A program made the translations under genes and the position numbers. A DNA stretch of 64,000 nucleotides from Oscillospiraceae bacterium (GTDB lineage: Bacteria; Bacillota; Clostridia; Oscillospirales; JAAYXM01), in NCBI GenBank assembly GCA_017435965.1, contig JAFSEA010000042.1, positions 12,250-76,249 on the forward strand. The letters are read 5' to 3'. The stretch's first letter is position 1, and every line of letters begins with the position of its first letter. Shown piece after piece: positions 18,710 through 28,352 of the stretch. The notes beneath the pieces are model-generated. The model was not told the origin of the DNA. It did no database searches and saw nothing but the letters and a program-made list of their open reading frames with translations.

Positions 18710-19633
18710 ATGAACTTATACCTTGCCCCTCTTGAGGGCATAACAACATATACATTCAGAAACACCCACGCCGAGATGTTCGGCGGTGCAGACGCTTACT
18801 TTGCACCATTTATAAACCCCAGCGATCAGGAAAAGGTCAGCCGCAAGGGTATGCGTGATATCCTGCCCGAAAATGACAAAACGGGAAAGCTGAAGGTACA
18901 GGTGCTCACCTCAAATGCAGAATCCTTTTTGAAGTTTTTAGAAAAGATAAAGCCTTACGGTTATGATGAAATCAACATAAACATAGGTTGCCCTGCAGGC
19001 ACGGTGGTAAGAAAGGGCAGAGGCTCGGGCTTTTTGCAATACCCCGATGCAATGGATGAGTTTTTTTGCGGAATATTTTCAAAAACCGATATAAAGGTAT
19101 CGGTTAAAACCCGTGTGGGATATTCTTCCCACGATGAGCTTTACCGACTTATGGAGATATATAACAAATACCCCATAAGTGAGCTTACGATTCATCCGAG
19201 AACAAGGGAAGAGCTGTATGGGGGAAGTGCAAACATCGAAAGCTTTGAAGCTGCATATAATATTTCAAAAAACAAAGTCTGCTACAACGGAGATATCTGC
19301 TCTGTGGGAGCTTTTGAGAGAATCGCAGAGAAATTTGAAAACTTAAGCGGAGTTATGCTCGGGAGAGGTGTAGTTCAGAATCCTGCACTTTTTCGTGAAA
19401 TCCGCGGCGGTGAAAAGCTTACGACAGAAGAACTCGTTGAATTTTCCGAAAGACTTGCGGAAAAATACAGAATCGTTCTCGGCTCCGATGTGTTCACTTT
19501 GCATAAATTGAAGGAAGTATGGGTTTATGCCGGACGAAATTTCCCCGGGGAGAAAAAACTCATAAAGGCAATACATAAGGCGAATACATTGGAAGACTTC
19601 AAATCTGCAATAAGAGCGTTGCCGAAAATATGA
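18710..19633 (+). CDS. tRNA-dihydrouridine synthase (Dus) family FMN oxidoreductase
   Basis: N-terminus LAPLEGITTYTFRN and the NIGCPAGTVVRKGRGSGFLQ motif (catalytic Cys region of Dus). Confidence 0.7.
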   Translation: MNLYLAPLEGITTYTFRNTHAEMFGGADAYFAPFINPSDQEKVSRKGMRDILPENDKTGKLKVQVLTSNAESFLKFLEKIKPYGYDEININIGCPAGTVVRKGRGSGFLQYPDAMDEFFCGIFSKTDIKVSVKTRVGYSSHDELYRLMEIYNKYPISELTIHPRTREELYGGSANIESFEAAYNISKNKVCYNGDICSVGAFERIAEKFENLSGVMLGRGVVQNPALFREIRGGEKLTTEELVEFSERLAEKYRIVLGSDVFTLHKLKEVWVYAGRNFPGEKKLIKAIHKANTLEDFKSAIRALPKI

Positions 19634-19652
19634 TGCATTGGGAGGTACTTTT

Positions 19653-20180
19653 ATGAACGCAATAGTTATCTACAAAACAAAATACGGCTCCACAAGAACT
19701 TATGCCGAGTGGATAGCGGAGGAGCTGTCCTGTGAGGCGGTTGATGTTAAAAAATTAAAGATTGACGATGTTTTGAAATACGATACCATTGTATACGGCG
19801 GAGGTCTTTATGCCGAAACAATAAACGGAGTAAACTTCATAACGAAGAATATGGAGAAGCTTGAAGGCAAGAAGCTTATTGTGTATTCCACAGGCATAAC
19901 GCCACTCCATTGCCGTGAATATTACGACAAAATGGTTATTGAGAAAAATTTCAAGGGCGATATAAAGGATAAAGTTAAGGTTTATAACTTTCTCGGCAAA
20001 ATGATTATCGAGGAGCTTTCCTTACCTCATAGGGCGGCACTCAAAACTCTTAAAAAGATTATGTCGGGGAAAGAAAATCCAACAGAAATGGAAAAGATGC
20101 TCATAGAGCTGTGCGAGGCAAGCGGAGATTTCTCCGACAGAGGTGCAATAACAGAGCTTGTTGAGTATGCAAAAGCATAA
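19653..20180 (+). CDS. Flavodoxin-domain protein (HemG/flavodoxin_5-like)
   Basis: N-terminus IVIYKTKYGSTRTYAEWIAEEL, the typical flavodoxin-like FMN loop. ATG 19653 follows GGGAGG. Confidence 0.6.
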   Translation: MNAIVIYKTKYGSTRTYAEWIAEELSCEAVDVKKLKIDDVLKYDTIVYGGGLYAETINGVNFITKNMEKLEGKKLIVYSTGITPLHCREYYDKMVIEKNFKGDIKDKVKVYNFLGKMIIEELSLPHRAALKTLKKIMSGKENPTEMEKMLIELCEASGDFSDRGAITELVEYAKA

Positions 20181-20195
20181 AATAAGGAGGATAAT

Positions 20196-21560
20196 ATGGG
20201 AAACAACGACAAAAGAGAAAGCTTTAAATCAAGTCTTGGCTTCCTGCTTGTGAGCGCAGGCTGTGCCATAGGCATCGGAAATGTATGGAAATTTCCTTAT
20301 GTGGCAGGACAGAACGGCGGAGGGGTTTTTGTGCTCTTCTATCTGCTGTTTCTTCTCATTATGGGTGTGCCCGTGCTCACTATGGAGCTTGCAGTAGGTC
20401 GTGCAAGCCGAAAGGGTGCGGTTGACAGCTTCAGAGCACTCGAGAAGCCGAAGAGCAAATGGCATATCCACGGCTATGTGTGTATTATCGGCTGTGCACT
20501 TCTTATGATGTACTACACAAGTGTATCCGGATGGATGCTGGGATACTTCGGAAAGTTTGTGACAGGAACGTTTTCAGGTCTCACTCCCGATGGCGTTGAC
20601 GGAGTTTTCGGAAGTATGCTCTCAAATCCATGGGAAATGATTGCCTTTATGGGTATTACCGTGCTTATTGGAACTGTTGTTTGCAGCTTTGGACTTCAAA
20701 ACGGAATTGAGCGTATAACAAAGTATATGATGCTGGGACTTCTCGGACTTATTGTAGTACTCGGAATAAACAGCGTGCTTCTTCCGGGTGGTATGGACGG
20801 ACTAAAGTTCTATCTCATGCCCGACTTTGACCGAGCAATGGAGCAAGGCCTTTTTGATGTAATCGTTGCCGCGATGAATCAGGCGTTCTTTACTCTCAGC
20901 ATCGGTATCGGTTCAATGCAGATTTTCGGAAGCTATATGACAAAAGACAGAACCATAGGAAACGAGGCTGTGAGAATCTGCGGTCTTGATACATTCGTTG
21001 CACTTATGTCGGGTCTTATCATATTCCCAGCCTGCTTTGCTTACGGCGTTGAGCCTTCGGCGGGACCTCCTCTCATATTTGAGGCACTTCCCAGAGTTTT
21101 CGTGGATATGCCCGGCGGAAGGATTTGGGGCTCTCTCTTCTTCCTCTTTATGACCTTTGCAAGTCTCACAACCGTAATAGCTGTGTTTGAAGGCATTATT
21201 GCAAACGTTATGGAGACAAAGAAGTGGCAGAGAAGAAAAGCTTCAATCATCGTTGGCATTGTGATATTTGTCACAAGTATTCCTGCAATTCTCGGCTATA
21301 ACGTACTTAAAGGTGTGACCTTTATCGGTGCCCGTGATGTACTTGACAGCGAGGATTTTATAGTATCAAACCTCCTTCTTCCCATCGGTGCTCTTGTATA
21401 TCTCCTTTTCTGCGTTACAAAGTGGGGATGGGGCTTTGACAAGTATCTTGAAGAATGCAACGAGGGCAAAGGCTTTAAGCTTCCGAAAGCTCTCAAACCC
21501 TATTTTCAGTTTGTGCTTCCCGTGCTCATAATCGTAATTCTTGTTGTAGGACTTATGTGA
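20196..21560 (+). CDS. Sodium-dependent transporter, neurotransmitter:sodium symporter (NSS/SNF) family
   Basis: Hallmark GIGNVWKFPY motif in TM1, about 11-12 TM segments, strong AGGAGG RBS. Confidence 0.9.
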   Translation: MGNNDKRESFKSSLGFLLVSAGCAIGIGNVWKFPYVAGQNGGGVFVLFYLLFLLIMGVPVLTMELAVGRASRKGAVDSFRALEKPKSKWHIHGYVCIIGCALLMMYYTSVSGWMLGYFGKFVTGTFSGLTPDGVDGVFGSMLSNPWEMIAFMGITVLIGTVVCSFGLQNGIERITKYMMLGLLGLIVVLGINSVLLPGGMDGLKFYLMPDFDRAMEQGLFDVIVAAMNQAFFTLSIGIGSMQIFGSYMTKDRTIGNEAVRICGLDTFVALMSGLIIFPACFAYGVEPSAGPPLIFEALPRVFVDMPGGRIWGSLFFLFMTFASLTTVIAVFEGIIANVMETKKWQRRKASIIVGIVIFVTSIPAILGYNVLKGVTFIGARDVLDSEDFIVSNLLLPIGALVYLLFCVTKWGWGFDKYLEECNEGKGFKLPKALKPYFQFVLPVLIIVILVVGLM

Positions 21561-21604
21561 GTTGGCAATGAGAAAACAAGTGCCCGAAAATGTAAAAAAT
21601 AATG

Positions 21605-21633
21605 TTGCATTTTGGAATTGTAAGTGTTAAAAT
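21605..21633 (+). promoter_or_regulatory. Sigma-A-type promoter candidate for solute-binding protein paralog 1
   Basis: TTGCAT - 17 nt - TAAAAT, about 25 nt upstream of the RBS. Confidence 0.4.
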
Positions 21634-21656
21634 TAAATAAACATTAAAAGGAGGAA

Positions 21657-23276
21657 ATGAAAATGAAAAAACTTATAGCACTTTCTCTTGCCGTTGCTAT
21701 GATGCTTGCTCTTGCAGCTTGCGGCGGAGATGTTGCACAAGACGGTGTCGAAGGAAAGCCTCAGGTCGAGAAGAAAGATGAGTTCTTCGAGAGCGTTCCC
21801 AGGGATAATGTCCCCGAGGGCAAGGCTGTTCCCAACGATGCAGTTCTTGATGTAATAATCGCAAGTCACCCGTCTTGGGCTTATGATGAAAACTGGAAAG
21901 TATGGGAATATATCAAAGAAGGTGTCGGCGGACAAATTAACGTAACAGCTATCCCGTCATCCGACTTCGGAACAAAGTTCCCGCTTCTTATGGCTGATAA
22001 AGAGGCCATGCCCAATGTGTTCGGATTCCAGGGAAAGCCCTCCGGTTTTGCTGATTACTGTGCGCAGGGTGCATTCGTGTCACTTGAATTCTGCGAAGAC
22101 TTTATGCCCAATTATAAAGCGTTCTGGGAAAGTAAGCCTGAGGAAGATCAGTGGCTCAAGGAAGCAAGAAGATCTGCAGATGGTCTTATTTATGCTGCAC
22201 CGAGCTATGGTATGGATCGCTATACTAATGTTCGTTGCTGGCTCTACCGCAAAGATATTTTTGAAAAGAACAACATCAAGACTCCTGAAACTATGGACGA
22301 TCTTTATAAGGCTGCAAAGAAACTTAAGGCAATTTATCCCGATTCTTATCCCATCGCTATGCGTTCGGGACTTGGAAATATCAATGTTATAGGTTGCTCA
22401 TGGAAGCCCAACTTCCATTATGGCGTATACTATGATTATGACAGTGCTGAGTGGTGCTATGGTGCAACAGAAGATGTTATGTATGATATCGTTGAGTACC
22501 TTAACAAGCTTGTAAAAGAAGGTCTCATTCCGGCGAACTTCACAACCATTCAGACATCTGAGTGGGAAGAGCTTGTCACAACAAATCGTGGTTTCATTCT
22601 CCCTGCTGAGTATCAGATAAGAATTGACTACTTCAATCAGCCGGCAAGACTTTCAAATCCCGAGTTCACACTCGCAGGAATGACTCCGCCCCATGCTGAT
22701 AACGGAGTAGGTGTCCCGAAGGTTAATAAATATAACTATGAAGTAGGTTTTGTATCAATCTGTAACAAGGGTGATGCACAGACAATCGCAAATGCTGCAA
22801 GATATGTTGACTGGTTCTATTCAGATGAAGGAATTGAACTCGTTTCCTGGGGTAAGGAAGGCGAGACATTTGAATGGGTAAACAAAGATGCAGGTGAGAG
22901 AAGATACATCCTCGAAGATGGTGAAAGTGTTGAAGGTAAGTATGGCTTTAAGACAATCGGTTCATACCGTTGCGTAACCCCCGATTGTATTACTGCTGCT
23001 ATTTCCAAGGAACAGGCAGATACAACAGACTTCTTGCTCGACTGCACATATGAGAACCTTGATCCGGGTCTCTTTATGGAACTTTCAGCAGAGGACGCAA
23101 ATAAAGTTTCAGAGCTTACCACATCTATAGATACTGTTGTTCAGGAAGGTCTCACAAAGTTCATCACCGGACAGCGTTCACTCAAAGAGTGGGATGCATT
23201 CCAGCAGGAGCTTGAAGCACTTCCCATCAAGGAAGTTCTTGAAATTTACGATGCAACATATTCAAAATATCAATAA
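21657..23276 (+). CDS. Extracellular solute-binding lipoprotein (ABC-transporter family-1 SBP-like, ~540-aa class), paralog 1, no adjacent permease genes
   Basis: Signal peptide with lipobox LALAACGG. SBP-like block WLYRKDIFEKNNIKTPETMDDLYKAAKKLKA. Paralog of 26629-28245. Confidence 0.65.
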   Translation: MKMKKLIALSLAVAMMLALAACGGDVAQDGVEGKPQVEKKDEFFESVPRDNVPEGKAVPNDAVLDVIIASHPSWAYDENWKVWEYIKEGVGGQINVTAIPSSDFGTKFPLLMADKEAMPNVFGFQGKPSGFADYCAQGAFVSLEFCEDFMPNYKAFWESKPEEDQWLKEARRSADGLIYAAPSYGMDRYTNVRCWLYRKDIFEKNNIKTPETMDDLYKAAKKLKAIYPDSYPIAMRSGLGNINVIGCSWKPNFHYGVYYDYDSAEWCYGATEDVMYDIVEYLNKLVKEGLIPANFTTIQTSEWEELVTTNRGFILPAEYQIRIDYFNQPARLSNPEFTLAGMTPPHADNGVGVPKVNKYNYEVGFVSICNKGDAQTIANAARYVDWFYSDEGIELVSWGKEGETFEWVNKDAGERRYILEDGESVEGKYGFKTIGSYRCVTPDCITAAISKEQADTTDFLLDCTYENLDPGLFMELSAEDANKVSELTTSIDTVVQEGLTKFITGQRSLKEWDAFQQELEALPIKEVLEIYDATYSKYQ

Positions 23277-23286
23277 GTAAAATGAA

Positions 23287-23320
23287 AAAAGAACGGTATC
23301 ATTGCGATGCCGTTCTTTTC
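23287..23320. terminator. Bidirectional hairpin terminator between SBP paralog 1 and the convergent ylmH-like gene
   Basis: agaacggtatc-attgc-gatgccgttct (11 bp including one G:U), with an A-run before and a T-run after. Confidence 0.6.
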
Positions 23321-23325
23321 TTGCG

Positions 23326-24090
23326 CTATTTTTTTGAAAACACGTGAAGCTCTATGAATTGTCGCCCCTTTTTGCTTGTGCCGCCGACAGAATTAAGCTT
23401 TGCCCTGCCAAACCCACGAAGTGAAAGAAGGTCGTCTTCCAAGACATCGGCGGAAATGTTCTCTTCGGGAAGGTGATTTAATGAAAGTGCACCGGAGATT
23501 ATAAGCTCTGCTGCTTTTGTGCGTGAAATGCCAAATGCAAGGGCGGTGACGGAATCAACCCGAAGAGAGGCAACCGTCCCGGAAACAATATCGAATTCCG
23601 GAGTAGGAACTTCGATTTCCGAAAGGGAAACGGTGCTGCATTCTATTCCCAGTCGTCCTATTTTTTTCAGATTGGTGAGAATGAAATCTCTGATCTGAAC
23701 TGCACAGATAATATATGCACGATCGGGAAAAACAAGAATGTCTCCAAGGACTTCTCTTTTTATTCCCAAACCCATAAGAGAGCCGAGAAAATCACGGTGA
23801 GTGGGAGAAGAAAATGAAAACTCGACTTTTATGACGGAGATGTATTCATCCAAAGGAAAGTACTCAGGGTCAATATAGTCGGGAAGAAAAAACAGTCGTT
23901 TGCGTTCTGCGTCCGGAAAAGCTCCGTCAAAAATAAATTTCACGGCGCTTTGATGTTTGAGGAAGCGGTGAGCCTCCGCTACTTCGGCAGGATTTAAAAA
24001 AAGTGTTTCCGTTATCCTGTTCGTGCGGCGTGAACGCTCGGCAAGATCTTCTATACGTTTTATAAATTCGTTACAATGTTGTTCTGCCAT
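23326..24090 (-). CDS. YlmH-like RNA-binding protein (C-terminal S4 domain)
   Basis: About 254 aa from ATG 24090, which has GGGAG 8 nt upstream. The C-terminal S4-like segment is LRVDSVTALAFGISRTKAAELIISGALSLNH. The ORF-track start 24171 would run into the copA promoter. Confidence 0.6.
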   Translation of the reverse strand: MAEQHCNEFIKRIEDLAERSRRTNRITETLFLNPAEVAEAHRFLKHQSAVKFIFDGAFPDAERKRLFFLPDYIDPEYFPLDEYISVIKVEFSFSSPTHRDFLGSLMGLGIKREVLGDILVFPDRAYIICAVQIRDFILTNLKKIGRLGIECSTVSLSEIEVPTPEFDIVSGTVASLRVDSVTALAFGISRTKAAELIISGALSLNHLPEENISADVLEDDLLSLRGFGRAKLNSVGGTSKKGRQFIELHVFSKK

Positions 24091-24156
24091 CAGGTCAGCT
24101 CCCGTGCTTTTTTCTCCATTATAGCACTTTTCTTTTTTGACAACAAGTAGTCCGGC

Positions 24157-24185
24157 TTGATAAAATGACAAATGAATGATATAAT
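24157..24185 (+). promoter_or_regulatory. Sigma-A-type promoter candidate for copA
   Basis: TTGATA - 17 nt - TATAAT, 35 nt upstream of the copA ATG. Confidence 0.5.
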
Positions 24186-24220
24186 ACAGTTAGTGAAAGC
24201 TAACCGGAGGTATAGCAAAA

Positions 24221-26467
24221 ATGAGATATTTTGATATCACGGGAATGAATTGCGCTGCTTGTAGTGCACGGGTCGAAAAGGCGGTTACGTCCCTTGAGGG
24301 AGTTGAAATCTGTGCCGTAAATCTTCTCACAAACTCTATGGGAGTTGAGGGGAGTGTGACGGATGCGGAAATAATAAAGGCTGTGAAGAAAGCGGGATAT
24401 GGAATTGCTCCCAAAAGAGATAAGGAAAAAGGTGATTCCGAGAATGCTCTTGCGGATAACGAAACGCCTGAATTAAAAAGACGACTTATGCTCTCGTGTG
24501 GCTTTTTGCTGGTACTTATGTATATTTCTATGGGATATAATATGTGGTCACTCCCTCTGCCTGAATTTTTTGAGAAAAAAACAGTTTTTATAGCAATAGC
24601 GCAGATGCTTCTTGCAGGAGTCGTTATTCTCATAAATCGCAAGTTTTATATAAACGGTGTGAAAGGGATTATAAAGCGTGCACCGAATATGGATACCCTT
24701 GTTGCAATGGGCTCATTTGCGGCATTTGCCTATAGCATCGGAATACTTATTTCAATGTGGGGGAATCCTCACGATTCAAAGCATATGCTTCATGAATTGT
24801 ATTTTGAATCTTCGGCAATGATTCTTGTGCTTATAACGGTTGGAAAAATGCTTGAAGCAAAAGCAAAAGGTAAAACCACCGATGCAATTCGTTCACTTAT
24901 GAGTCTTGCCCCGAAGACTGCAACTGTTATTGTGGACGGAAAAGAAAAAGAAGTCGGAATAGAGGAGATTAAAAAAGGAGATATTTTTGTTGTAAAAAGC
25001 GGAGAAAGCATCCCTGTTGACGGAATCGTTCTGGAGGGAAGCTCTGCTGTGAATGAAGCGGCTCTTACGGGGGAAAGTGTTCCGGTAGACAAAGAAAAAG
25101 GCGATGAAGTAAAAAGTGCAACACTTAATCTCTCGGGATTTATAAAGTGCAGGGCTACACGTGTTGGTGAAGATACTACTCTGGCACAAATAATCAGGAC
25201 TGTAAGAGAGGCTGCGGCAACAAAAGCTCCGGTGGCAAAGGCGGCAGATAGGGTGTCGGGAATATTTGTGCCGATAGTTATCGGTATTGCCGGCATCACG
25301 ACGGGAGTATGGCTCATTTGCGGCGAAAGCCTCGGATTTTCTCTTGCAAGAGGAATATCGGTGCTTGTTATATCCTGTCCTTGCGCTCTCGGACTTGCAA
25401 CACCTGTTGCGATTATGGTTGGAAGCGGTGTTGGCGCACGAAACGGAATTCTGTTCAAAACGGCTGAGGCACTTGAAATGACGGGACGTGCAAAGGTGGT
25501 TGCGCTGGATAAGACCGGAACAATAACCAAGGGCGAACCTGAGGTGACGGATATAATCACATCGGATGCGGTGACGGAATCGGAGCTTATGTCCCTTGCG
25601 GTTTCAATAGAAAAAAAGAGCGAACATCCTCTTGCGAGTGCTGTTGTGAAAAGAGGTTACGAAGACGGTGTTGCGGAAAAGGAAACAGGGGATTTTGAGG
25701 TGCTTTCGGGAAGTGGTGTCCGTGCAAAAATCGATGGAAAACTTGTGATGGCAGGAAATTATAAATTTGTTAAAATGGGGGCGAAAATACCGGATAATCT
25801 GAAAAAAGAAGCAGACAGACTTGCCGATGAAGGAAAAACCCCTATGTTTTTTGCTTCGGACGGAGAGTGCGTTGGAATTATCGCTGTTGCGGATGTGATT
25901 AAAAGTGACAGCTACAAGGCAATCCTTGACTTGCGTGATATGGGAATCCACGTTGTTATGCTCACGGGCGATAACGAAAGAACCGCACGGGCGATAGGAA
26001 ACACAGCAGGAGTTTCGGAAGTGATTGCCGGGCTTCTGCCGAATGAAAAAGAAAAGGCGGTGGCAAAGCTTTCCGGGAAGGGATGCGTGGTTATGGTAGG
26101 CGACGGGATAAACGATGCTCCGGCGCTTGTGCGTGCAGATGTGGGAATTGCCATAGGCGCAGGTGCCGAGGTGGCGATGGATGCAGCCGATGTGGTGCTT
26201 ATGAAAAGCGGATTATCCGATCTTGCGGCATCAATACGACTCTCAAAAGCAACACTTCGCAATATTCATCAAAACTTATTCTGGGCGTTTTTGTATAATG
26301 TGATATGTATTCCTTTTGCGGCAGGGGTGTTTGTTCCGTTTATCGGAATCGGGATAAATCCAATGTTTGGTGCGGCGGCTATGAGTATTTCCAGTTTTTG
26401 TGTTGTGTCCAATGCATTGAGATTGAATTTTGCAAAAATTCACGCAAAAACATTTGAAAAAAGTTGA
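24221..26467 (+). CDS. copA: Copper-translocating P1B-type ATPase
   Basis: N-terminal HMA domain GMNCAACSARVEKAV, TM CPC motif SCPCALGLATP, phosphorylation site DKTGTITKG, and hinge GDGINDAPAL. Confidence 0.95.
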   Translation: MRYFDITGMNCAACSARVEKAVTSLEGVEICAVNLLTNSMGVEGSVTDAEIIKAVKKAGYGIAPKRDKEKGDSENALADNETPELKRRLMLSCGFLLVLMYISMGYNMWSLPLPEFFEKKTVFIAIAQMLLAGVVILINRKFYINGVKGIIKRAPNMDTLVAMGSFAAFAYSIGILISMWGNPHDSKHMLHELYFESSAMILVLITVGKMLEAKAKGKTTDAIRSLMSLAPKTATVIVDGKEKEVGIEEIKKGDIFVVKSGESIPVDGIVLEGSSAVNEAALTGESVPVDKEKGDEVKSATLNLSGFIKCRATRVGEDTTLAQIIRTVREAAATKAPVAKAADRVSGIFVPIVIGIAGITTGVWLICGESLGFSLARGISVLVISCPCALGLATPVAIMVGSGVGARNGILFKTAEALEMTGRAKVVALDKTGTITKGEPEVTDIITSDAVTESELMSLAVSIEKKSEHPLASAVVKRGYEDGVAEKETGDFEVLSGSGVRAKIDGKLVMAGNYKFVKMGAKIPDNLKKEADRLADEGKTPMFFASDGECVGIIAVADVIKSDSYKAILDLRDMGIHVVMLTGDNERTARAIGNTAGVSEVIAGLLPNEKEKAVAKLSGKGCVVMVGDGINDAPALVRADVGIAIGAGAEVAMDAADVVLMKSGLSDLAASIRLSKATLRNIHQNLFWAFLYNVICIPFAAGVFVPFIGIGINPMFGAAAMSISSFCVVSNALRLNFAKIHAKTFEKS

Positions 26468-26552
26468 GGTAACTTTTGGTAATGTTTGCGAAAAATGAGT
26501 TTTTTGCTATGCTTGTATTGTAAAAATGTTACAAGAAAGTTTCGGAATATTC

Positions 26553-26581
26553 TTGACAATGAAAAGAGCATTGAGTATAAT
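26553..26581 (+). promoter_or_regulatory. Sigma-A-type promoter candidate for solute-binding protein paralog 2
   Basis: Consensus TTGACA - 17 nt - TATAAT. Confidence 0.55.
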
Positions 26582-26628
26582 GTATATATTCAATGCGTGA
26601 AAAAATCATGCAAAATTTTAAGGAGGAA

Positions 26629-28245
26629 ATGAAAATGAAAAAACTCATAGCACTTTCTCTTGCGCTTGTGATGATGTTTGCTCTCGCAGCCTGCGGCGGC
26701 GAAGGCGGCTCAGAAAGCGCAAACGATTTGGGAAATGTTGCAGGCGGAAACAAAATCGAATGGAAAGACGAAGTAGTAAACGTTGAAATTCCTGAAGGTA
26801 AAGCTATCCCCGATAATGCAACTCTCAAAGTAACAATCGCAAGCCATGAAAGCTGGCCTTATGACCAGAACTGGGCAGTATGGAAGTACATAAAGGAAAG
26901 CATCGGTGGAGATCTCCAGGTTACAGCTATCCCGTCATCCGATTTCGGAACAAAGTTCCCGCTCCTTATGACAGACGACGAAAACAGACCTGACGTATTT
27001 GGTTTCCAGGGTAAGCCCTCCGGATTCTCAAGCTACTGTGCACAGGGCGCATTCGTTTCTCTCGACCAGTGTGAGGAATTTATGCCCGATTATAATGCAT
27101 TCTGGGATGGCCTCCCCGAAGAAGATCAGTGGATGAAAGATACTCGCAAGACTTCTGATGGACAGATTTACTATTCACCGGTTTATGGTGTTGAGAGATC
27201 AACAAACATCCGCGCATGGCTCTATCGTAAGGATATTTTTGAAAAGAATAACCTCAAAACTCCCGAAACAATGGACGACCTTTATAAGGTTGCGAAGAAG
27301 CTCAAAGCTCTCTATCCGGATTCCTATCCGCTTTGCATGCGTTCAGGACTTGCAAATATCGGTGTTATAGGTTGCTCTTGGAAGCCTAACTTCCATTACG
27401 GCGTATACTATGATTTTGAAAATGCAACTTGGTCCTATGGTGCAAGAGAAGAGACTATGAGAGAAATCGTCGAGTTCTTTAACAAGATGGTAAGAGAAGG
27501 TCTCGTTCCCCCGAACTTCACAACAATCAAAGCAGGTGAGTGGGAAGAACTTGTTGCAACAAACCGTGGATTTATGATGCCTGAGTATCAGGTTCGTATG
27601 GACCACTTCAACCTCCCGGCACGCAAGAGCAATCCTGAGTTCACACTCGCTGTAATGACACCGCCTCATGCAGATAATGGTGTAGGTATTGCAAAGGTTA
27701 ATAAATATAACAATGACCCGACTGGTATGGCAATCTGCAATAACAATGACCAGGCAAGAACTGCAAATGCTGCAAGATACATCAACTGGTTCTACACAGA
27801 TGAAGCAGCAGAGCTTGTTTCTTGGGGTAAAGAAGGAGAGTCCTATTCTGTTGATGCTGAAGGCAAGAAGGACTACATCCTTGGCACAGACGAAAAGGGA
27901 CAGACAAAGTATGGATTCAAGACAATCGGCACATACTGCCGTATAGATCCGGCTTCCATCGACGTCGCTATCTCTGCAGAGCAGGCTGCAACAACAGATA
28001 TAATCCTTGATGAATACACATATGAGTATCTTGATCCGACTCTCTATATCCAGATGTCAGATGAGGATTCAACAGCACTTTCCGAGCTCAACACATCTAT
28101 CGATGCAGTTGTTCAGGAAGGTATCTCAAAGTTCATCACAGGTCAGCGCTCTATGAAGGAATGGGATGCATTCCAGCAGGAGCTCGCAGGACTTGCAATT
28201 GATGACGTTCTCGCAATTTACGAGAAGTATGAAGTTATCAGATAA
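26629..28245 (+). CDS. Extracellular solute-binding lipoprotein, paralog 2 of 21657-23276, no adjacent permease genes
   Basis: Same MKMKKLIALSLA...LAACGG lipoprotein leader, and long identical blocks shared with paralog 1. ATG 26629 follows AGGAGG; ORF track starts at 26593. Confidence 0.65.
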   Translation: MKMKKLIALSLALVMMFALAACGGEGGSESANDLGNVAGGNKIEWKDEVVNVEIPEGKAIPDNATLKVTIASHESWPYDQNWAVWKYIKESIGGDLQVTAIPSSDFGTKFPLLMTDDENRPDVFGFQGKPSGFSSYCAQGAFVSLDQCEEFMPDYNAFWDGLPEEDQWMKDTRKTSDGQIYYSPVYGVERSTNIRAWLYRKDIFEKNNLKTPETMDDLYKVAKKLKALYPDSYPLCMRSGLANIGVIGCSWKPNFHYGVYYDFENATWSYGAREETMREIVEFFNKMVREGLVPPNFTTIKAGEWEELVATNRGFMMPEYQVRMDHFNLPARKSNPEFTLAVMTPPHADNGVGIAKVNKYNNDPTGMAICNNNDQARTANAARYINWFYTDEAAELVSWGKEGESYSVDAEGKKDYILGTDEKGQTKYGFKTIGTYCRIDPASIDVAISAEQAATTDIILDEYTYEYLDPTLYIQMSDEDSTALSELNTSIDAVVQEGISKFITGQRSMKEWDAFQQELAGLAIDDVLAIYEKYEVIR

Positions 28246-28261
28246 TTCATTTTGAATTTCT

Positions 28262-28297
28262 AATCGGCGATGATTTAATCATCGCCGATTCTTTTAT
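28262..28297 (+). terminator. Intrinsic terminator after SBP paralog 2
   Basis: aatcggcgatgat / atcatcgccgatt 13-bp stem followed by cttttat. Confidence 0.75.
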
Positions 28298-28338
28298 GCA
28301 AAAAGGAGAGAGCCTGTCGGATTTTCCGACAGGCTCTC
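28298..28338 (-). terminator. Intrinsic terminator of punA (- strand)
   Basis: 13-bp stem 28308-28320/28326-28338. On the - strand it is followed by tccttttt. Confidence 0.75.
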
Positions 28339-28352
28339 CTTGCTATTGAGAA

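Noticed and set aside
24189-24204. Small inverted repeat GTTAG-N6-CTAAC in the copA leader as a possible CsoR/CopY operator
   Set aside because: The arms are only 5 bp, it does not resemble the known CsoR (G/C-rich pseudo-palindrome) or CopY (TACAnnTGTA) boxes, and no repressor gene is present nearby.
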